Source: an uncultured Oscillospiraceae bacterium
GTDB taxonomy: Bacteria > Bacillota > Clostridia > Peptostreptococcales > Anaerovoracaceae
Length of the DNA: 25,565 bases
Direction of reading: 5' to 3'
NCBI GenBank assembly: GCA_964427575.1
Contig: CAYRVM010000002.1
Coordinates: 1 to 25,565, forward strand
Shown here: positions 19,067-25,565 of the stretch, piece by piece
How positions within the stretch are numbered: the first letter of the stretch is position 1
Layout of the letters: every line of letters starts with the position of its first letter
The notes under the pieces: model-generated
Told to the model about the DNA's origin: nothing
Database searches by the model: none
What the model saw: only the letters and a program-made list of their open reading frames with translations
Translations under genes and position numbers: made by a program

Positions 19067-20518
19067 TTATCTATTTTCGAATTTTAATCTAGGGTTCCTT
19101 GCTGCTCCGACTTCATCGAGTCTGCCGACTGGAGTCGTCTTTGGGGCATTTTTTAGTTTGTCGGGCTCGCTAATTATTTCATCATGAATTGCCTTAAATA
19201 TCTCAACCACTTTGTCCAAAGTTTCTTTTGATTCAGTTTCCGTTGGCTCTATCATCAAAGCTTCCTTGACTATCATCGGAAAATACATGGTGGGAGGATA
19301 GATCCCATAATCCAACAATCTTTTTGCAAAATCAAGTGCCGAAATCCCGTAATCCTTCTTAATTTCTTCGAGAGTAATTACAAATTCATGCAGGGTTTTT
19401 TCATCGTTGGCTATTGGGTAGATTTCTGATAGGCGACTTCTTAAATAGGTTGCATTAAGAACTGCCATTTCAGAGGCTTCTTTAATTCCTTCGTTTCCAA
19501 GGGAAACAATATATGTCAAAGCTCTTAAAACAACTAGGAAATTGCCGTGGAATGCTTTTAGTTTTCCAATGCTCTGGTTTGAAGCCGCGGGTTTTTCGAC
19601 CGGGCTATAGTAGTCATTAGCCGCGGCGAAGTAATTGGAGGCGGGCATGTATTGTGCGAGGAAGGCTTTGCAGCCGACAGGCCCGCTGCCTGGCCCGCCG
19701 CCGCCGTGGGGGGTGGAGAAGGTCTTGTGCAGGTTTAGATGTATTACGTCAAAGCCCATGTCTCCTGGCCTCACTTGTCCCATGATCGCGTTCAGGTTTG
19801 CTCCGTCGTAGTAGACGAGGCCGCCGGATTGATGGATTATTTTTGTGATTTCTAAAATATCCTTTTCGAAAATCCCCAAGGTGTTGGGATTGGTTAGCAT
19901 CAAGCCCGCTGTGTCTGGGCCCGCAAGCTCTTTCAGTTTTTCCAAGTCGACGCAGCCATCAGTTCTTGACGGTACATTGACTACTTGGAAGCCAGCCATT
20001 GTAGCGCTTGCGGGATTGGTCCCGTGCGCTGAGTCTGGAATGAGAATTTTCGTTCTTTCAAAATTACCTTTTACTAGATGGTGTTTTCTTATTAGTAAAA
20101 GTCCAGTAAATTCTCCCTGTGCTCCCGCTGATGGCTGAAAAGTCATCCTGTCCATTCCAGTTATTTCGCAAAGGTATTTTTCTGCAAGTTCAAATACTTC
20201 TATGCAACCCTGCGCTGTATCTACAGGTTGGAGGGGGTGAATTCCCGTGAATCCCTTTAGAGATGCAACCTCTTCATTTATTCTAGGATTATATTTCATA
20301 GTGCAAGAACCTAATGGGTAAAATCCACTATTGACTCCATATGTTCTCTTAACCAGTTCTGTATAATGACGAAGCAAATCTGTCTCTGCAATTTCTGGCA
20401 GTTCTAATGAAGATGCTCTTCTCATTTTCGATGGTATTTGATTTGTACCTTTATACTCAAAAGTTGGAACGTGATCAGTTCCTCTTCCTTTTATACTTTT
20501 TTCAAAAATCAAGTTCAT
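19067..20518 (-). CDS. gcvPB: Glycine dehydrogenase (decarboxylating) subunit 2
   Basis: FYPLGSCTMKYNP, SAHGTNPASA, YDGANLNA, HLNLHKTFSTPHGGGGPGSGP, EPTETESKE. Confidence 0.96.
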   Translation of the reverse strand: MNLIFEKSIKGRGTDHVPTFEYKGTNQIPSKMRRASSLELPEIAETDLLRHYTELVKRTYGVNSGFYPLGSCTMKYNPRINEEVASLKGFTGIHPLQPVDTAQGCIEVFELAEKYLCEITGMDRMTFQPSAGAQGEFTGLLLIRKHHLVKGNFERTKILIPDSAHGTNPASATMAGFQVVNVPSRTDGCVDLEKLKELAGPDTAGLMLTNPNTLGIFEKDILEITKIIHQSGGLVYYDGANLNAIMGQVRPGDMGFDVIHLNLHKTFSTPHGGGGPGSGPVGCKAFLAQYMPASNYFAAANDYYSPVEKPAASNQSIGKLKAFHGNFLVVLRALTYIVSLGNEGIKEASEMAVLNATYLRSRLSEIYPIANDEKTLHEFVITLEEIKKDYGISALDFAKRLLDYGIYPPTMYFPMIVKEALMIEPTETESKETLDKVVEIFKAIHDEIISEPDKLKNAPKTTPVGRLDEVGAARNPRLKFENR

Positions 20519-21843
20519 GCTGTCACCTCCTTCAAGATTTTAACCATTCGGTCAATATCGTCTTTGGAGTTCATTTCCGTAGCGCACCAAAGGATGCATG
20601 CTTCCCCATCAATTGAAATAGGTAAGCCCCCAAGAATCCCATTAAGCTCAAGTTCATCTAGGACTTTGCCATAGTCTTTCGGCGCTGTTGTGGCGAATTC
20701 GTGGAAGAAGAGCTTATTAAATTTTAGCTTATATCCTTTTATCATAGAGAGCTCATCAGCTAAGTATAAGGCTTTCGCGATGGAATTTTCTGCGGCATTT
20801 ACAATTCCTTTAGGCCCCATCGCCCCGAGATATGCTCCCACAGTAAGTGCACAAAGCGCTTGATTTGAGCAAATACTGCTGCTCGCTTTTTCTCTTCTTA
20901 TATGCTGTTCTCTTGCCTGCATCGTCAGAACGTAAGCTCGCTCACCTTTTACATCTACTGTCTCGCCAACGATTCTTCCTGGGAGCCTTCTCACCATATC
21001 CTGCTTGGCAGACATAAAACCAATGTATGGCCCACCAAAAGACAATGGTATTCCCATAGGTTGGCCTTCACCTACCGCAATGTCTGCCCCACACTCAGCG
21101 GGGGTTTTCAAAACAGACCCAGCGATCGGATTTATACTCATAATAAATCTTGCCGAAAAACTGTGGGCTAAGTCCGCAATTTTTTCTGCATCTTCTATAA
21201 TTCCATAAAAATTCGGTTGTTGAATCAAAACTGATCCCACAGTTTCGTCCATCAATGATTCGAGGGCCACTGCATCAGTTTCGCCATCCTTTGAATTAAC
21301 CAAAACAAGCTCAATACCTAAAGGTTTACAATAGGTCTCCATAACCCTGACCCAATCCATGTTCACAGTCTCCGAAACTAGCGCCTTCTTCTTGCCCTTT
21401 TCCACACACATCATAATAGCCTCAGCGCAAGCAGTGGCACCATCGTACACGGAGGCGTTCGCCACATCCAGCCCAGTCAATTGACAAATCATAGTCTGAA
21501 ACTCAAAAATTGACTGGAGCAAACCCTGGCTCACTTCCGCCTGATACGGCGTATACGCGGTCACAAATTCTTCTTTGCTGCTGATAAATTTAACCACCGA
21601 TGGTATGTAATGATTGTATGCTCCCGCTCCTCTAAATATGCTCCCAAAAACTTTATTCTTACCAGCGATATTTTCCATATATGCTAACGTGTCTAGTTGG
21701 CTTTGTCCCTTTGGGATATTCAAATCTCTATTAAGCATGACTTCTTTTGGAATATGTGAATACAGTTCCCCCAAGCTATTCAAGCCAATAACTTTTAGCA
21801 TCTCCTCTTTATCAAAACTCGTGCTAGGCACATAACTGCTCAT
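20515..21843 (-). CDS. gcvPA: Glycine dehydrogenase (decarboxylating) subunit 1
   Basis: GAGAYNHYIP, TAYTPYQAEVSQG, NASVYDGATA, FGGPYIG, REQHIRREKA..ICSNQAL. Confidence 0.96.
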   Translation of the reverse strand: MSSYVPSTSFDKEEMLKVIGLNSLGELYSHIPKEVMLNRDLNIPKGQSQLDTLAYMENIAGKNKVFGSIFRGAGAYNHYIPSVVKFISSKEEFVTAYTPYQAEVSQGLLQSIFEFQTMICQLTGLDVANASVYDGATACAEAIMMCVEKGKKKALVSETVNMDWVRVMETYCKPLGIELVLVNSKDGETDAVALESLMDETVGSVLIQQPNFYGIIEDAEKIADLAHSFSARFIMSINPIAGSVLKTPAECGADIAVGEGQPMGIPLSFGGPYIGFMSAKQDMVRRLPGRIVGETVDVKGERAYVLTMQAREQHIRREKASSSICSNQALCALTVGAYLGAMGPKGIVNAAENSIAKALYLADELSMIKGYKLKFNKLFFHEFATTAPKDYGKVLDELELNGILGGLPISIDGEACILWCATEMNSKDDIDRMVKILKEVTA

Positions 21844-21845
21844 AA

Positions 21846-22229
21846 TTATGCCTCCTTAGCGATCAATTCTTCATATTCTTCCTTCGTAAGAAAATCCTCT
21901 TTTGCTGTCACTCCGCTTACTCTGACAAGCCATGCATCGTATGGCTGAGAGTTAAGAAGCGCTGGATTATCTAAAAGCAATTCATTGATTTCAGATACTT
22001 CTCCAGAAACTGGCGAGTAAATGTCAGATACCGCTTTTACGGACTCAACATCGGAAAAAACTTCCGCTATTATAACTTCATCTCCAACTTTTGGAAGATT
22101 TACAAAGACAATGTCCCCTAATTCATGTTGGGCAAAATCCGTGATCCCAATTTCCACATTATCTTTATCGATTGTTTTTATCCATTCATGGGTACCTGTG
22201 TACATTAATTCATCTAATACTATGCTCAT
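21846..22229 (-). CDS. gcvH: Glycine cleavage system H protein
   Basis: THEW, GITDFAQHELGDIVFV, VESVKAVSDIYSP (lipoyl Lys); ATG 22229 after GGAGG. Confidence 0.96.
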   Translation of the reverse strand: MSIVLDELMYTGTHEWIKTIDKDNVEIGITDFAQHELGDIVFVNLPKVGDEVIIAEVFSDVESVKAVSDIYSPVSGEVSEINELLLDNPALLNSQPYDAWLVRVSGVTAKEDFLTKEEYEELIAKEA

Positions 22230-22247
22230 TTTTATTTCCTCCAATTT

Positions 22248-23393
22248 CTATATTTTTATTTTTGTTCTTTTATAAAAAGGTATTTCTACAACTTCAACGG
22301 ATAATCTATTTCCTCTCACATCAGCTTCCAGAACATTACCTAAATTTGAAAACCTCTTCTCAACCATAGCCATGCTTATAGCATATCCAAGATAAGGTGC
22401 CATGTTTCCCGATGTGGTTTCACCGACTACCATATTCTCAAAATAAAGCTTAGATTCTTCCCTGACAATTCCCCTAGAAATGAGTTTTAAACCAACTCTA
22501 ACCTTCTCAACCACGCCTCTTTCAAGGATCCCATCTAGCCCAATAAAATAGCTTTTATTCATATTAACAAAGTGCGATAGTCCAGCTTCAAGTGGTGAAA
22601 TGTTATCATTCATTTCATGGCCGTAAAGTGGCATCCCTGCTTCCATTCTTAAAGTGTCTCTAGCTCCCAACCCGCAAGGAATAAGACCGAATTTTGCCCC
22701 AGTTTCAAGAAGCAAATTCCAAAGTTTAACTCCATCTAGGTTGCTACAGTAAAATTCAAAACCATCTTCACCCGTGTATCCAGTCCTTGACACTATGCAT
22801 TCGACATCTGAAACTACTGCCTTTTCAATAAAAGTATAATTCTTCTTTGGGATATACTTTTTATCCGCAAGCTCCAAGAGAATCTTTTCCGACTCCGGCC
22901 CAGACATCGATATTTGTACAAGGCTATCAGAAATATTTTCTAACTCGGCATCGCCAAAAAGATTTTCAGTAATCCAGTCGAAGTCTTTTTGCTTATTTGA
23001 GGCATTCACCACCAGCATATAGCTGATTTCCGAAAGCTTATAGACTATTAAGTCGTCGATTATTCCTCCGCTTTCGTTACACATCGGGCTATAGCGGGCT
23101 TGCCCAATTGATATATCTTGAAAATCATTTGTCAGGATATACTGAACATTGGCTAGGGCGTCCTCACCTGTAATAACCAACTCGCCCATGTGTGAAACGT
23201 CAAATAGGCCAGCGCGCGCCCTCACCGCATTGTGCTCGGCGATAACCCCCGTCTGATATTGAACAGGCAATAAATACCTAGCAAACTCAACCATTCTCCC
23301 ACCCAGCTTTACATGTTTATCATATAAAGGTGTTTTCAACGCCTCGCTCTCGTTTTCACTTTTTCCTAAGTCTCTTTCATCTTCGTTTTTCAT
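22248..23393 (-). CDS. gcvT: Glycine cleavage system aminomethyltransferase T
   Basis: [48 protein letters not shown]; ATG 23393 after GGGGAGGT. Confidence 0.96.
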   Translation of the reverse strand: MKNEDERDLGKSENESEALKTPLYDKHVKLGGRMVEFARYLLPVQYQTGVIAEHNAVRARAGLFDVSHMGELVITGEDALANVQYILTNDFQDISIGQARYSPMCNESGGIIDDLIVYKLSEISYMLVVNASNKQKDFDWITENLFGDAELENISDSLVQISMSGPESEKILLELADKKYIPKKNYTFIEKAVVSDVECIVSRTGYTGEDGFEFYCSNLDGVKLWNLLLETGAKFGLIPCGLGARDTLRMEAGMPLYGHEMNDNISPLEAGLSHFVNMNKSYFIGLDGILERGVVEKVRVGLKLISRGIVREESKLYFENMVVGETTSGNMAPYLGYAISMAMVEKRFSNLGNVLEADVRGNRLSVEVVEIPFYKRTKIKI

Positions 23394-23413
23394 ATTTACC
23401 TCCCCCAATGTAC

Positions 23414-23441
23414 AAAAAAACAGAAAGCATTACGCCTTCTG
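23414..23441 (-). terminator. Riboswitch expression-platform terminator
   Basis: Minus strand CAGAAGGC-GTAAT-GCTTTCTG-T7, directly after the second aptamer. Confidence 0.8.
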
Positions 23442-23625
23442 CTCTGTTATTGACCTGAGAGATTCTTTCAAAATCTGAAATTGCCCCTTCGGTGCTTTCG
23501 CTTTCCAGAGATATGTCCAATAGCGGTCCTATTACCTGAGATCATCCCGTAAGTATGGCATACCTACGATTATTCCTTCGGTGTTATTATTGTATAAATA
23601 ATAAACTCTCCCGCCATCTTCATCC
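23442..23625 (-). ncRNA. Tandem glycine riboswitch
   Basis: Minus strand: leader GGATGAAG; aptamer 1 GCGGGAGAG...CACCGAAGGA...CTCAGGT...GGACCGC; aptamer 2 CTCTGGAAAG...CACCGAAGGGGCAA...TCTCTCAGGT...ACAGAG; located upstream of gcvT. Confidence 0.95.
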
Positions 23626-23652
23626 AAATGTTATTGAATTATTCTTTAATTT

Positions 23653-23681
23653 ATATTAACATGATACAATGTTATATGCAA
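23653..23681 (-). promoter_or_regulatory. Candidate sigma-A promoter for gcv operon
   Basis: Minus strand TTGCAT, 17-nt spacer ending TGT, TAATAT (extended -10), about 28 nt before the riboswitch leader. Confidence 0.5.
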
Positions 23682-23726
23682 ACAATCATTATTAACACTA
23701 GGCTACCAAATAGGAGGTAAACAATT

Positions 23727-24125
23727 ATGAATAGAGAGTACATCAAAGAAATGCTAGCTAAAAAAGTGTGGGCGGTAATAGGCGCCACTCCAAATACAGA
23801 GAAAACTGCAAACCATATTTTGCACATGTTGATCGACCATGGGTACCAGGTTTATGCAGTTAATCCAAATTACGATGAAATCGCGCCTGGGATTAAATGT
23901 TATAAGAGCATTGCCGATCTTCCAGTCGTTCCAGAATGCATCGACTTTGTAATCCCACCCAAAGTTTCACTAGAAAACCTAAAAGCCCTTGATTCATCCA
24001 AGACTCCATATGTGTGGCTTCAACCTGGCACCTTCGATGACGAAGTCGTAGCCTACGCCGACGCGCATGGCTTCAAAGCCATCCACGGCGGCCCTTGCGT
24101 AATGGTGGAGCTGAGACTCGGCTAA
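23727..24125 (+). CDS. CoA-binding protein (YccU-like)
   Basis: WAVIGAT, YQVYAVNP, Y.SIADLP, VWLQPG, CVMV; RBS AGGAGGT. Confidence 0.85.
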   Translation: MNREYIKEMLAKKVWAVIGATPNTEKTANHILHMLIDHGYQVYAVNPNYDEIAPGIKCYKSIADLPVVPECIDFVIPPKVSLENLKALDSSKTPYVWLQPGTFDDEVVAYADAHGFKAIHGGPCVMVELRLG

Positions 24126-24191
24126 TCGCAAAACATAATTCTTAAATAATAATTAAGTTTCTTAATACTTAATAGTTTAATAATAATAACG

Positions 24192-24246
24192 AAAAGCAAA
24201 GCCCCGTAGGTTGGTTGTCAACCATCCCACGGGGCTTTGCTTTTTT
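24192..24246. terminator. Long bidirectional terminator-like hairpin between convergent genes
   Basis: Perfect 16-bp arms AAAAGCAAAGCCCCGT / ACGGGGCTTTGCTTTT, with A and T tracts at the ends. Confidence 0.85.
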
Positions 24247-24290
24247 GAGGTATGAGTTTGATTCTTAAATATTATTAAGTAAGACTTGCG

Positions 24291-25565
24291 CTATGTCGTT
24301 AAAATTGCAATTGTGTATTCTTCTGACGACCCATCTCCAGCTGTAACTTTAATCACCATATTTGATGTTATATCAGTAGTTGTTTGATCTTCTACAGGAG
24401 ATTCTCCTGTGCCAGTAAGAATTTCGATAGTTGCGTAGTTAGAAACTGTTAACCCCGCTTTAAACAAATCTACTTTGGTTTCACCGGGAACATCTCTAAC
24501 GTTTCCCCCAGATATAGCGCCATAAGTAGTTGATAGAATTACCTTCTGGCTACTACCTATTGTCTCCTTATCTAAATCTGTATACCATGGATCATAGTTT
24601 ACATTTCCTGAAATGATTGCGCTCCAAGTAGGACTTGCATTTCCCCAATAGTTTAACGTAGCATTGATTTCTGTTACTAAGTTTGATTCGAACCCTATTG
24701 TATTTCCTGTGATGGCATTGCCAGTTGTAATAATTGTTAGTGGCTGTGTCGATGTCGAAATTAATTCTACTTCAATTCCTCTAACAAAACCGCTAATGTT
24801 ATTATTGTTTCTAATTATTACATATGATTCGCTCTTGTCTGAAGCAAACAAGTATTGATTAGCAATGTATATTCCCGTTCCATCGCCAGTGTCATCGACT
24901 GTGTCACTCCTTGTGCTATTTGTGCCAGTTATTGTATTCCCCTCTAAAATTAAAGGTAATGCTGCGGTTCCAGTACCGAATACCATGATTCCCATGCCAT
25001 AACCTGAAGATGTTATATGATTATTGGTTACGGTAAATCCATTTGCGTATGACCAACCAAGCAACATTCCGACAGACTGCATGCCAGTTTCCCATGAGGT
25101 TCCAGATGTCATCGTAATTGTGTTATGTTCAATACTTGAGGTGCTTGTGAATAATCGAGTATAGATTCCAACTGTACCAATTAAGCCAACGGATCCACTA
25201 TCATTAATTATATTATTTTTAACTTCGAACGTCCTTGCAGGACCTGTTGGATTCGGTTGGATTGCACGTGGCTGTCCATTAGGATAGCCCCAAGCGCCAA
25301 CAAAGTTTCCGATTTGAGTTAATGTATTCCCATTGACTTTTATTAAATCTGTGTTTGTCGTTGTTGCATCAGGATCTTGTATTATGCCTTGAAAGCAATG
25401 AGTAACCGTATTGTTTAAAATTTGGCTTTGTCCTCCAATGTACATACCATGGTTATATGCTACGTATTCTACAGTTGAGTTTTGGATTACAGTTCCATAA
25501 ACACTTCTTGGGAATACTGAGATTCTGCGTCGATATGTATATCCAATCTACACATTATCAACTAA
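24291..25565 (-). CDS. Secreted/surface right-handed beta-helix (pectin-lyase-like) protein with C-terminal Ig/cadherin-like domain; 5' end outside window; in-frame TAG at 25548-25550
   Basis: Repeated I/V-x-N-N-T-I strands, YWG...GNVNYDPW motif, C-terminal VIKVTAGDGSSEEYTI. The frame upstream of ATG 25445 keeps a beta-helix-like pattern (LVDNV*IGYTY...GTVIQNSTVEY). Confidence 0.7.

Noticed and set aside
23657-23674. TAACAT-N6-ATGTTA inverted repeat over the gcv promoter
   Set aside because: Short AT-rich dyad with no assignable regulator; the riboswitch already explains control.
24217-24240. Resemblance of GTCAACCATCCCACGGGGCTTT to IS200/IS605-type end motifs
   Set aside because: Loose similarity from memory, no tnpA/tnpB/iscB nearby, and the sequence is adequately explained as a terminator arm.
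17631-25550. Genome-wide reassignment of TAG to an amino acid
   Set aside because: TAG terminates lemA, metY, iscS, mnmA, lplA, gcvT and the surface protein, mostly at family-typical ends; only conditional readthrough remains possible.

Overview
Low-GC chromosomal window whose gene content (hcp, glycine cleavage, C-type mnmA) suggests an anaerobic Clostridia-like Firmicute. From 5' to 3': a partial AraC regulator divergent from an AlaX/DHHA1 tRNA-editing gene, with a DnaA-box cluster between them; a minus-strand MBL hydrolase-lemA-DUF2207-M15 peptidase unit; an arsenic-resistance operon (ArsP-like permease, arsR, acr3, arsC, small thioredoxin-like protein); divergent hcpR/hcp; a metY-iscS-mnmA sulfur unit; a convergent glycine-riboswitch-controlled gcvT-gcvH-gcvPA-gcvPB-lplA-lpdA operon; a CoA-binding protein; and the 3' part of a beta-helix surface protein. 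The most unusual feature is an ~85-aa insertion in MnmA with seven tandem Cys-Cys octapeptide repeats (CCxD[P/Q/A]xxG), metallothionein-like, in an iscS-mnmA unit lacking iscU. Two otherwise continuous genes (lpdA and the beta-helix protein) carry in-frame TAG codons, and the ars permease has an in-frame T16 tract. These may be biology (decay, readthrough) or sequence error, which cannot be resolved without the reads. No tRNA, rRNA, CRISPR or transposase was seen.
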